Part shown: one piece after another, positions 24,333 through 35,726 of the stretch
Numbering within the stretch: the stretch's first letter is position 1
Layout of the letters: each line of letters starts with the position of its first letter
Assembly (NCBI GenBank): GCA_965644495.1
Contig: CBFFSA010000019.1
Location: forward strand, 62,001 to 126,000
Reading direction: 5' to 3'
Length of the DNA stretch: 64,000 nucleotides
Origin: Perkinsela sp. CCAP 1560/9
Taxonomy: Eukaryota; Protista; Euglenozoa: Kinetoplastea
The notes under the pieces: model-generated
Databases searched by the model: none
What the model was told of the DNA's origin: nothing
The model's input: the letters and a program-made list of their open reading frames with translations, nothing else
Translations under genes and position numbers: made by a program

Positions 24333-26389
24333 TTGTTGTTGTTGTTTAACCCGTTTGGCCATGACTGGCTACGGGTTCAGAGTACACCCCAGTTATTTAG
24401 TGCTCGTGTGAAACGGCACCGGGTATTACCGTACTCCGTGGGTGGTACGCTGTCAGTCGCGCGCAGACTTTCCCAGAGGGATGCCGCACTCGCCGATAGA
24501 CGACTGTCAGGTTGCGAGGCCTGACCCGTCATCCGTGACTTCACTGCCCGATGGATTCGCATCCTGGGGCAAAGAAGTAGTGGAGTAGTCGTTATACTCT
24601 GTTCCACCACCAGGGATGACTCACGCTAGGGTGTGTGGAGCTTGCGAGGCTCTCTCACCAGCGGGGCTCACAATGGAGCGCGACCAGTGCCCTTCACAAC
24701 TTCAATTACTGCGTATGGATACTATCCTAGTTTATTGGCGTCTTGTTTTGCTGACACCGGGTAGCTCCACACAAGGGTCCGGGGAAGGGGAAGGCGACTG
24801 GGGGGACGGAGAAGGGCCGGCGAAGCGGTGACGAAACCGAGGTTTCGCGAAGGGTTTTATCGAGGTTTCGCGGGGTTTCATCCAGGTTTCACCGAGGTTT
24901 CTCGAGGTTTCGCAAGGTTTCGCGAGGTTTCACCCGCAGCCCCTCGTATGACTGTTTTGCTTCTGCTTCGTTTGGCAGGTATTGTATGCGAGATGTTCAT
25001 TCCTGAATCAATGCGCATGTATCTGACTCGTGGAACCTGGCGATTAACGGACGGGCATTTCATAACGTCTTTGCGCCCTGGGGGGCGTTGCCAGCCGTCC
25101 GCTGACGAAAATCCGGCTGTGACGTGTGTTTGTACGGGCAATCCTTAATGAAATGGTCTGAGGATCTGCAATTGTAACACTGCGGTCGATAATTTCCGTA
25201 CGATGGGCGCAACGATTGTGGGTGTTGCCCTGTCGATCCGCCTCCAAAATTATTTTGGAAGGACACTTTTGGGGACATACATGTATTTTAGATATGTCCC
25301 CGTTCGTCGCGGCGCAGAGAAATAAATATAACGACTGTGTTGTTGTTCACGCTCACTCAATTGATCGGTTACGTGCTGATAGAATTTATCATGCATGCGA
25401 TCATCTTTATCCATGTTTCGGTGTACCGCCTCTACGTCCATCCTACAGGCTCGCCAGTAGGCATCGCGGAGACTTTGTATTATCGCTTTTCCTAACTCCA
25501 AGAACGGACCTGTATACTTTTTGTATGCCGTCGTGTAAGTTTCATATAGAGTACAAAATAACATGCAAAATACAGTATGTTGACTCCGCAGTAAGAAATG
25601 TGGTCCTTTTTGGGCTGACCCCCAGTAAGAGAGATTAGGCTCATGATACCCACAGGAGGCGTATAGGGAGTAGTGAGTGTGTGTCCACATGTCGGGGCCT
25701 CGGGGGTAACCCAAATAAACGTTTTAACATATTTTTAGAATAAGAAATATGAAAATCTTGTCAAACGAGTTGGAAGAAAAGAGAAAACTGGCCAAAAAAA
25801 CATGAGCACGTGCATGGGTGGCCAAGTGGGACACTATAGCCTTATTATTGTTGTCCGCATCTTCTCCCATCATAATTTGTTCCAGAGTCTCCGCGGCCAC
25901 CCCAACGCCCTCATGACGAAGGCGATGAGTTAAGAGAATGGACCCTAATTTGCACAAGAGGGTCCAGAGGCCGAGACGAACGCCGTCCTCCTCGATGTTC
26001 GGGAATCGCGTATCCGGCGGCATACTAGCCAAACTTTTGGCGTAGTGCACCATGTCCAGACGCCCCCCCACTGCGTCACAGACTCGACGCTTTACCTCTT
26101 GTGTTAGCCACGGCTCGCCGCTAACCCCCGTTTGTGTTAAGCATGCGTGCAATTGCGGGTCACAACGAGGGTCTTCCTGGGTTCCGATTAAGGATCGGAA
26201 CGCTTCGCAGATATCTTTTGGGGTGCTTTTTTCCGACTGTCCGACGGGGACAGTAGCGGTGCTCGGAGGGCGAAGCAGAGCAGATTCCTCTGCGCACAGT
26301 TCATCGCGCAGTTTGACCAGTACTTGGGGAGCTACATCCGTGCTGGAGAAGTCACCTCGTTGCAAGGCACTCAAGTTACGACGAATCAC
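24333..26389 (-). mobile_element. Degenerate retroelement-like region with gag-type CCHC knuckle and (AAC)n tail
   Basis: CYNCRSSDHFIKDC at 25138-25179; chain of broken minus-strand ORFs; stem-loop next to an (AAC)4 tract at 24333-24378. Confidence 0.4.
24836..24932. repeat. ~10-bp minisatellite (gaggtttcgc-like)
   Basis: About 8 degenerate copies of aggtttc. Confidence 0.7.
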
Positions 26390-26398
26390 TTGAGTACC

Positions 26399-26788
26399 TC
26401 AGATTGAGTCACCGTTGCTCGCGCATGCGGATGCGCGCTCCGGTGAAAGTGAAGCATTCACACCAACCGTGAAGCCATAAATCATTTGCAAGGTTTCTTT
26501 TATGCCTCTACGTTGGTGCCCGCCAAAGAAAGGAAGATGAGCGTGGTATCGCGCACGGCATTCGACGTATTCCCGGGAAGGACAAAACCAATGATTCTCT
26601 TCACGTACACACAAAACTTCCTCGTTCTTCGGGTGATATTTCTCCTTTCCACACCACACAGCTTGCGGAAAGAGTTCGTGGGCCTCCATCCAGCGTATTA
26701 TATCCGATTCAGATGCTTGTGCAATGGATGAGAAATAGAGCCTTCGCGCACACTCGAAGTCGGAACAATCGCGGCAAGTCCAGTCCAT
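26399..26788 (-). pseudogene. Fragment resembling the Cys-rich N-terminus of Merlin transposase
   Basis: CRDCSDFEC...SESDIIRWMEAHEL aligns with CTGCGGFSC...SENQCLDWMKNHSL of ORF 27072. Confidence 0.5.
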
Positions 26789-26953
26789 AAAGAAGTAAAA
26801 GGAAGAAAAGTTTCTATTACTGTGATCCCCCCTTTAATACGGACCCCCCTGACCCCCCGCCTTTAATACGGATTTTTTTTGGAGAAATTTTTTACCTTCC
26901 AATTTCGATTTCGGGGGCATCTACGATTTCGGATCTGACGAGGTATATCCCCT

Positions 26954-28184
26954 GGTGAAACTGAACCAATATTCGCACTTTTCTCAATCTGGCAAAATTT
27001 TTACCTGAACGTTTTATCGCTCCTTTCTTTTATTCTGAATCATGGTTCTGCACATTAATTTTATATAAGCATTGTGTTTTTTGAATCCATTAGTACTTGT
27101 TTATTGCTCTTCTCACCTTTTAATGACGTGCACTGGGTGCGGTGGGTTCTCGTGCCGTTCGAAACTTGCGATCAGAAGAATTTCTTCCTGGAGTGAGAAT
27201 CAATGTCTGGACTGGATGAAAAACCACTCTCTAGTGGCGCAGAAAGTTATTTGCTACAAGAAAAATCACAGAGCTCCGCACACCATGGCATTAGTCGGGA
27301 ATAAATGGGTCTGCACCAAGCATTGTAAAGTGAGGTACGGAGCTATGGGGCCGCCGTTTGTTCAGCAAGAGCCAGCGAAGCGCTAAACAGACTCTCCTGT
27401 ACATCGTTTTGTACTCTAGGGGTGGGCACCATGCGTCTTCAGTGGCGGAAACGGAGTTAAGCGAAAAAACGGTGATTAAATTGCGTCAATGGCTGGATTC
27501 CCTCATGGCCACAGCGCATATACGCCGACGAGTTCGACTGCGATCCAAGGTGACCACAATGCAATGCGATGAAACTTTTTTTTCTGTCCGAACGAGGGGC
27601 GGTTGCCATCGAGCAAAATGTGTTCGCCAAGATGGTAATCAAATTGCTCAGACGATAGCGGTCACAACGAGGGACAACAAATTATCTGAAATTCTCATGG
27701 AATCTGTTCCAAATCGAACATCTCAGAGCCTTCTTCCGAACATCCAGAATCTAGCTTCGGGAAGTCGTACAAAAATTTGGACTGATGGTGCCCGCCATAA
27801 TTTGTCTCTCCGCGGCAAATATAAGTGGGAAAGTGTAAACCACAAGAGACAGTGGGTTACGAATGAAGGTGTGCACACTAATACTGTGGAGTGCGCGAAC
27901 TCCATGGTCAAGAAGCGTCTGAAGCGGGACGGCAATGTTCTAGGTCGAAAGTTGGAGAAGAGGGGGGATCGAATACAAGCATACGCAGAGGTATGCACCG
28001 GAAGTTTGAAGTGAAATGGGGGTGATACACTGCTTCAAGTCTTATGAAATTTGAAGGAGCACTGTATATGCCTCCATTTGTAAGAAGTAATCAAGTTTAA
28101 GCGGAGAAAAGTTTAAAGTGTAAGCAAAAAGGGACGTGAAATTTTGAAAATTCATAAATTTGCGAATATTGGTTCAGTTTAACC
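26954..28184 (+). mobile_element. Merlin (IS1595/ISXO2-like) transposon, full-length, frameshifted transposase (27123-28014)
   Basis: TIR ggtgaaactgaaccaatattcgca / tgcgaatattggttcagtttaacc; perfect 8-bp TSD TATCCCCT; motifs QCDET, WTDG, VNH, HTNTVE. Confidence 0.92.
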
Positions 28185-28391
28185 TATCCCCTTAACCGGA
28201 CTGTAATTTTCGAGCATAACGCGAAGTGGCGGGAAAATTCTACGATTTACAAGGAAATGGTGAAGCGTGCCCAGATGCTCAAAGGAATTTTTGTGGACGT
28301 GAGTCACTCGGGGTGGGTCAAGGAGGACATTTATCCTCGCATGCTGAAGAGCTGTTTACCCTTTTCACAGGAAAAGTCTTCGACAGCTATA

Positions 28392-28885
28392 CACCCCCGC
28401 CAAAAAGTATTGTCCACAAAAATGGCCGACACAAAAAGTATTGTATTTATTAGTATCGACCATTTTTTTGTGTTTTGACCAAAATGCGCAGGAAATTGAG
28501 GCACGCAGGGAAGCCATCGAAAAATCAGAAGCCCGCCGTAAAGAGACACTTGGAATGTCGCGGAAGGCTAAGGCAAGATTTGAACAGGCTCGGAATATGG
28601 TTCCTCTCTCGCACTACTTTAGCGTTGAGTAGTCAAAATAATTAAATTACTAATTCCATTGTGCTATTTTCATTGTGCTAATTTGTGCTATTTCCATGGT
28701 GCTAATTTCCATTCGACCTGTTTTTGTGCTTCACTATACGTTTACAAGGATCCCGTATGATAAAGTCCAACTTTTTGGAAGCCAGTAGCAACTCGTGGAA
28801 ATCGACAAAAAGTATTGTATTTATTAGTATCAACCAAATATTCGTGGTCGATACTAATAAATTACAATACTTTTTGGCGGGGGTG
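28392..28885. mobile_element. MITE with TA target duplication
   Basis: TA-cacccccgccaaaaagtattgt / acaatactttttggcgggggtg-TA. Confidence 0.88.
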
Positions 28886-29448
28886 TAATCACAGATGATT
28901 ACTCAGGACATCGCACTGACGACATTCCTGAAAATTCCGACCCTCATACAATTCCTGGGGGTTGCACGAAGGCGATACAAATTCATGACCGTGTATTTAA
29001 TCGCTTGTTTAAGTGACAATACAATGAATTGCTCAGCGAATGGCGTCTTCACAACAGCAAAGAAAAAGTAAGCCGATATCTTGTCCTCGAATGGATAAAA
29101 GAAGCACACACGCTAGTTTTTTTTATTGTATTTTATCGGGTAAGAAATAGCGTCATTTTCTGCGCGATGGGCACCCCCCCCCCTTTAATACGGACAAAGT
29201 CCAAAAATCTGTCCGTATTAAAGGGGGGGTCACAGTAACAATTTTTGTATGAATTTTTGCCAGAAGATTTGTACAACGTAAATTTCACGAGTGGATATGT
29301 ACATGCGAATAAAGTGGTTAATGAGTCAACGTAGCGTTGTGATGACCACCTTATTTTTCCCAATAACCCATTTTCCAAACAAAAAAATACAGCATCCATA
29401 CATTGTGTCGCACCAAAGGGCACCGCTGAGTAGGACGAGGCTGGTTAC

Positions 29449-30123
29449 TTGAGTCGCAAATCCTCATTGTGCACTTCGAAAGGGGTGACATGTGACAATG
29501 AGCAACATGTAACTGAAATCGATTGGAGTTCGATGCGTCTTGTGGGATTCTTGCAATGGGAATATCTACCCCGATGGTTGCTACGTTTGACTTTGATGAG
29601 CAACAGCCTTCGCGGGAGCGTAACACTAGACGCGCTGCCACCTGGACTCAAATGTTTTCAAATTTCATACAATCAATTGTGTGGTCCATTATATCTAACA
29701 CAGTCGCCCAACACATTAGAGACTATGGAATTGAGCATAAACCAATTCGACGAGAGCATCGATCTTACGCATTTGCCATCAAATCTAAGTTCTTTGGATG
29801 TGGCAGTTAACTACCTTGTTGGTGGCGTGGATTTGTCCAGTTTGCCCCAAAGGCTTAATGACATTAATTTGTCCGGTAACAAATTTTCAGGGCCTCTTCA
29901 GTTACGGCAGTTACCTTCCGCACTTCAATATTTCTTTTGCTCGAGTAATGATTTCTCCGGAGTAATCAGATGTGACCGCCTTCCTGTAGGACTGAAAGCA
30001 CTATGGTTGCATAAAAATGAAAATCTGTGTGGTGATGTTGATGTGTCCACTCTTCCCAAGGCACTGGCAGCCGACGTGGGCAGAAACTTTAATATTCTCG
30101 GCACACAGATTCAATTAGTTTGA
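29449..30123 (+). pseudogene. LRR family copy 3, N-terminus apparently damaged
   Basis: LRR units and the KGVTCD cap are present; the PQEDMLER segment is missing and the ORF starts at TTG. Confidence 0.65.
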
Positions 30124-30182
30124 GTATTGAGCCCTTAGGTCTGTCGGAAAACTCCTTTACTTATGCAATAGTCCTTTACCAC

Positions 30183-30509
30183 CTAAATTGCTCGCAAATG
30201 ACCCTCATACGTGCAACGTAAACAACTGCGCCATCTTTCAATACCGTTTTTTGATTCCGTGATATGATCTCCACTCATCTGTAATGACGATGGAATTTCT
30301 TGAAATTTTCTTCCTTCAATCACCTTTGCACAAATGCAGACAAAAATAGGTTTCGTTCGCTTTGAAATGGCCTTCCAGTAGGTCTGTACAGATTTCCCGG
30401 TAAGCGGATCGCTGTTACGAACCAGAACCCTTCTGGTTCTGCGCGACTGTTTTCCACGATTATGAAGTCTCTTTCCGATGTAAGTTTCATCCACCATCAG
30501 GTACTTCAT
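30183..30509 (-). pseudogene. Merlin-like transposase remnant
   Basis: MVDETYIGKRLHNRGK matches the DE-x-Y...K-x-x-RG motif of IS1595/Merlin. Confidence 0.55.
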
Positions 30510-30566
30510 GGTAGGTGGTATGTAGAGGGGCCGGGGAGTAACGCGAAGGCGCGTTGTATTTCATAT

Positions 30567-31001
30567 AAACCACAGTCCGGTTTAACACTCATGTAGCTAG
30601 ATAACATTCCGGGGGGAATGTTATGATGTTCCATGCGTTTTTTTAACATTCCTCCCCTGAAAACCCCCCGTGCCCCCCCGTGGCTTACAGGTTGACTCAC
30701 TCTACCGACGAAGAGCCACCACGGGAGATTCTCAACTCTGATCCCCTACAGGGTCCTCCAGGTTTTCGGTACGCATGTACGCTGACGGAGTACTTTAAGA
30801 AAGTTCAAGAACGCCAAGAAAGTGAAGCAAAAAAAGTCGAAGCAATAGGCGAAGAGGAAGATACTGGATAAATGAAGTTATTTTTACCTTCAAAAAAAAT
30901 TTATCAAAACAAGATCTTGAAAATTTAACATTACTGTAGCTACTTAACATTCCTGTAGCTACTTAACATTCCCCCCCGGAATGTTAAACCGGACTGTGGT
31001 T
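30567..31001. mobile_element. Inverted-repeat element (MITE-like)
   Basis: aaaccacagtccggtttaaca / tgttaaaccggactgtggttt, with internal taacattcc hairpins. Confidence 0.55.
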
Positions 31002-31820
31002 TAAATCGGTATGTATTGGACGCCTGCTGCGACCAGTTTGCAAAAACACGCTTTCTTTTAAATTTCCAAGCTCTAAATTTGGCAACGAGACGGGTTTTCG
31101 ACGGCAAAAGTGGCTCAAATTCGGGGTGATCTTCATCCGACATGATGTAAAAGCAGTATGAATTCGTATTGGACTTCTACCTCCTCGCCTTATACAGGAT
31201 ACCGAGCCCGGAGTCTCTGGGCCAAAGACCTTGAACTTCCTCAACAAGGTCTTCAACACATCCGATAAAAAAGGATGCCTTTCGCACCTCTTGAGTAGCC
31301 AGAGGGACAATGCCCAGATCGTGCAGGCGGCGGTGCTAAACTGGTACCTCCGAGGTGTATGGGGTTGGCGGGTCGGGGGGTTAGGAAGAGGAAAAAAACT
31401 TCGGGTGCAGACAACTTACACTAGGTGTATATTACACCCACTTAAGAAAATATTTTCTTTTGACCAGTTTTCAAAATAATATCCTCTTTTCCTCTTGTAC
31501 ATTCGAAAAATATAGAGCCTAACTGCTCAGTCCCTTTCAAAACTTCGAATTGTACGTGTGAAAGTGAACTTCGAATTGTACGATGATCCATGCATACGCT
31601 AACATCTGAAAATTCGAACCCGAATTCAATGCATGACTTTGTTCGGGCTTGCCCCGCGTACTCTGTACTTTCATCTTTTCTCTTCGAGGTGGAGTATACA
31701 CCTCGCATGATTTTATTTCGAAAAAGCGGATGCTCAAGAGCTGAGCTTGGGATCCCACATTGTTGCTTCTGAGGGTTTTTTTCGAAAAAAAAACATTTAA
31801 AAAAAAATCGTGTGGTATGC

Positions 31821-31920
31821 CCCCGCCTAGACCCCCCCTAAGCCCCCCCCTAGACCCCCCCCTAGGCCCCCCCCCTAGACCCCCCCCTAGGCCACGCCCT
31901 GGACCCCCCCTAGACCCCCC
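31821..31920. repeat. C-tract minisatellite (ccccccctag-like, ~8 units)
   Basis: Repeated C-runs, mostly 6-8 nt, separated by tag/taag. Confidence 0.8.
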
Positions 31921-31987
31921 GTTTTTTCAAATTTTTTTTTCGGTTTTGGACCACCGGAGTCCCCTTTTATATTTTTTTCTTCTATTA

Positions 31988-33852
31988 CAGGGGGGTGCAC
32001 GAAAATATGGGGGGGGTCAAAATTCGTATAACTCGGCCAATTTTGGAAAATAATGCCGCATTCGAGAGCTCTCACAGAGTTACGTGTCATGTGCTATTAC
32101 GTTTTACGTAGTTTCCAGGTATACGCATTCTCCTGAACACCGTAAAAAGGGCAACTGCAAGTTTTTTTTCTGGTAAAAAAGAAGTTAGTATCCACAATTT
32201 CCACCTTTTTTCTCCAACACAATTTTCATGCGCGTTGGAACACTCTTTAAAGTTCTCAAAAATACATCGTATCGCTCCCCTTTTAATTTTTCGACCCCAG
32301 AAGCGATCGCTCGTCTCAAATCTTCACGATTCGTTGGACAAAGCACGTTTTTATGCTCGTCCATTAATCCCCAAATGTTTTCTATTGGGTTTAAATCTGG
32401 GGATTTGGGTGGCCAACACAACATCTTCACTCCGTCACTAAAGGCACGACGAGTGCTATTGTGAATTGTACAATTATCCATAGCAACGACTGCCCCCCGA
32501 TGTCTTCGTAAAAAAAATAAGAAACCGTTACGTTGTAGCATAGTTTTTTTGAAAAGGTCCCCATTCACAGAAATTTTATTACCCTGTTGATCTTTATTAG
32601 GGAATTTATGAAAAAAGAAACCGTGCTTAATGCTGACCCCCATCCACACCATAATACCATCACCCCCCAACCACTTTTCCCGCTCACCGGCGTGCTCCTT
32701 TGGGGGGTCTGAACGACGGCAAAGGTAGGTAATTTTGCGGCTGCCCCCGCAAGTAAATTTTTTCTCGTCTGTCCAGACGATAGCCTCAAGCTGAGCAGGG
32801 GTCCATGTTGCCAACTCCTGGCATAGCTCTACTCGTTTCCTTTTGTGCTCCTTTGTGAGTGCAGGGTTTCGAGGGACTGCGGGATATGATACCCTCCTTC
32901 TTGAGGGAACGTATCAGAGCGCGACGGGAGCATCTGAAACCCTCTCCTACAAGAAGGTTCAGAAGGTGGCCCCAAGAAGCAATACCATAGGTTTCATCCC
33001 TTGTTGATCGATAAGATCGAGTGCTCGCTTCAACAGAGGGTCAGATATTACAGGAGATTGGCGAATTTTATAGGGAGACCTATCGACCTCACCAGTCTCT
33101 TCGTAACGCTGCACCCAACGCTTGACAGTGTCCTCGTGGCACCTAAACGTCTTGGCGACAGCTGAAAAAGAACCACTTTCCTCAAATTTTTTGAAAGTAT
33201 CCTGTGAGATGCTTTAAGTTGCCCACGAGGCGAATAACAAAATCTACTCCGTTTCTGCACCTTTTTATTATTCGAATATGACCTTTTCTGGGGCATAGTA
33301 GTGTACACCCCCGAAATAGAGAAGGAACCCTCTCCGCTCCATGAGGAGAGCTTTTTATTTGATTTTTTTTTCTATTTTGCGTAGTTTACGTCTGTGTTGC
33401 TTTGAAAAACACGGAGAAACGCATTATCCTCCGAATCAAAGGAGAAAAACATCACAAGCATGTTTGACATCGCAAGTTATTCAGAAAACCACCCAGCGTA
33501 TCGGGAGTATTATTTGTTTTTACGAAAATGCTTTTAGTATTCATTGAGTATTGTCATTAGAAATTGGTCATGGAGTTACGTATAATAAGTGAATATCCGA
33601 CAGACGTATTAGGATCAAAAGAGTGGATAAATTCACAAAAAAAAAGCAGATTTTTCAAAAAACTGCAGAATTCTGCACTTTGAAAAATCATAATTTTTTT
33701 TTATTTTTGAAAAAAAAACTAAAAATGCTGGAAGCGCATTATCACATGACACGTAACTTTGTGAGGAGCTCTCGAATACGCTATTATTTTCCAAAATTGG
33801 CCGAGGTATACGAATTTTGACCCCCCCCCCATATTTTCGTGCACCCCCCATG
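31988..33852 (-). mobile_element. Tc1/mariner-family transposon with broken transposase (32185-33308)
   Basis: ~110-bp TIRs starting caggggggtgcacgaaaatatgg, flanked by TA; motifs VWTDEKKF, MDNCTIH, WPPKSPDLNPIENIW. Confidence 0.92.
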
Positions 33853-34095
33853 TATTACTGTGTTCCTCTTTATATTTTCACTGTTTTTGTTCACTTTTTT
33901 TTCAATAATCGAGGGTAGAGCGGTAGTTATACAACCACCGCAATCTAGAGTAATGAATGAAGTGGGAAGTATAATGATTGTTCCTCAATCTCTTACTTTT
34001 GGAAACTATTTTCTAGTGATTCTGAACCAAACCTCTTTTGCACTACGTACTGCTTATACAGTGTTGATGACGGCTCCGATTTACGTCGCGGTAAA

Positions 34096-34863
34096 GTGAC
34101 CTCTCTGCTTCTACCCCAAGAGGATATGCTTGAACGTTTAATTTCAAACGTAACTGGAAAGCATAAGACTTGGCGTACGTGGAAGAAGAACATGTTTGGA
34201 CGCGTCAAACGTTCATCGGTATGCCAATGGCGAGGCGTGACATGCGATAAGGATCAAATGGTGAGCCGAATAGAATGGTTTTCAATGAAACTTTTAGGCA
34301 CGTTACAGTGGGAGTTCCTACCTTATACGTTGCAACATTGTGACATTTGCACTAACAGACTATCCGGATCGCTTGCACTTGACACGTTGCCATCACAACT
34401 TACATATTTAACATTATTGGCAAACGCTTTTACCGGTCAGTTAAACTTGACCCAATTGCCCAACACACTGTATGCACTCGGGGTGAGTGACAACCAATTT
34501 GAAGGAAATGTTGATCTCACGAATCTATGTTCTGGATTACAATATTTGTATGTTCATGAAAATCAACTTTCGGGTGATGTCGATCTTTCTCACTTACCGG
34601 CAATGTTGCGACACCTATACTTGTCCTGGAACAGATTTACAGGACCTCTTTCCTTGCAGCACTTACCTTCATCACTAACTCATTTTATTTCGGATCACAA
34701 CTTTTTCTCCGGTTTAGTTATGTTTGACTGTCTTCCTGGAAAATTGCTATTTTTGTCCGTGCACGGAAACAGAGATCTTTACGGTGAGATTGACACGTTG
34801 GTTCTTCCTAGGACTTTAGAACCCTCTTTTCTGGTCTCGGAAACGAACATTCGTTATAAATAA
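34096..34863 (+). CDS. LRR family copy 4 (close paralog of copy 1; start uncertain)
   Basis: High similarity to 979-1788 including upstream sequence; no in-frame ATG at the homologous start. Confidence 0.75.
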   Translation: MTSLLLPQEDMLERLISNVTGKHKTWRTWKKNMFGRVKRSSVCQWRGVTCDKDQMVSRIEWFSMKLLGTLQWEFLPYTLQHCDICTNRLSGSLALDTLPSQLTYLTLLANAFTGQLNLTQLPNTLYALGVSDNQFEGNVDLTNLCSGLQYLYVHENQLSGDVDLSHLPAMLRHLYLSWNRFTGPLSLQHLPSSLTHFISDHNFFSGLVMFDCLPGKLLFLSVHGNRDLYGEIDTLVLPRTLEPSFLVSETNIRYK

Positions 34864-35726
34864 ATATGTAATTATTTACGTACTGTCCCCCCCACGTAAA
34901 CGCAACCCGGTTTTGCCCCAAAATTGCGCATAAGTAGCCGGGTCAAAAAAAGGGGTGAAAAACAAATTTCGCGCCGCTTCGCGGCGCGTGTTTTAATCAT
35001 GAGTTATATACGCGGGGTGCCCTTCGGGTCTGCTTTTTATATTGTGCCCCCCCCTAGTTATCTGTCACAACTTTTCGTTCAAAGGTGACAGATAACGCGA
35101 GTACAGCTTGAAACTTCCATGGTTCTTCGCTCTAAAAATTACCTCGCTTCGATGGACATTTTTATAAAATTTTACGAAAAAAATGAATTAGGATATTAAG
35201 TTAATTAGGAAAATCATCCAATTAGGATATTGATTCGCCCCCCAGTTTAGGATGAAACACGAATTGCGTTGGACGAAATTAGACGCAGTCCTCCCTGGGT
35301 CCAAAAAACATGATTTTTTGATACCATTTTTCTGGAACGCACCTCTTTTTTTGGTGAAGTGAAGGAAACTTCGCCTTTTCCAAACAAATATTAGTTTTAC
35401 CAAAACAACATTTTAAAAAGATACAAAAAAGGTACTTATTGTGGCTGAGCAACATTCAGTGTGTCGTATTCTAAATATCTACTACGGTTGTTCAATGCAA
35501 CGTTAGCCGGACCTATTTTGGTCGATATCATGCTCTATAGGTCACCTGTTCCTTACAAGGTTTTCGTGGTTTGAAAAATGTCTCCCTTTTCCTTAAACTC
35601 AAAAAAAAAGATGATACAACGAAACAGAGGTGTAGTACGCTTTACTTTTTGTTTCTGCCTTTTCGGTGTTTTATGTCTTTCACTTCCGGACTCTGAACCC
35701 AAACCCTTCGCACACACAAAAACAAA

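Larger units (their letters stand above)
26820..29235 (+). mobile_element. pogo-like DNA transposon (deleted), hosting two nested insertions
   Basis: TA-ctgtgatcccccctttaatacggac / gtccgtattaaagggggggtcacag-TA. Removing the nested elements restores the frame ...TVIFE...SHSGW...ITDDYSGH...IPGGCTKAIQIHDRVFNRLFK, with 30 residues between the last two Asp. Confidence 0.85.

Noticed and set aside
31821-31920. Interstitial telomere repeat
   Set aside because: Units are 11-13 bp C-tracts, not CCCTAA hexamers.
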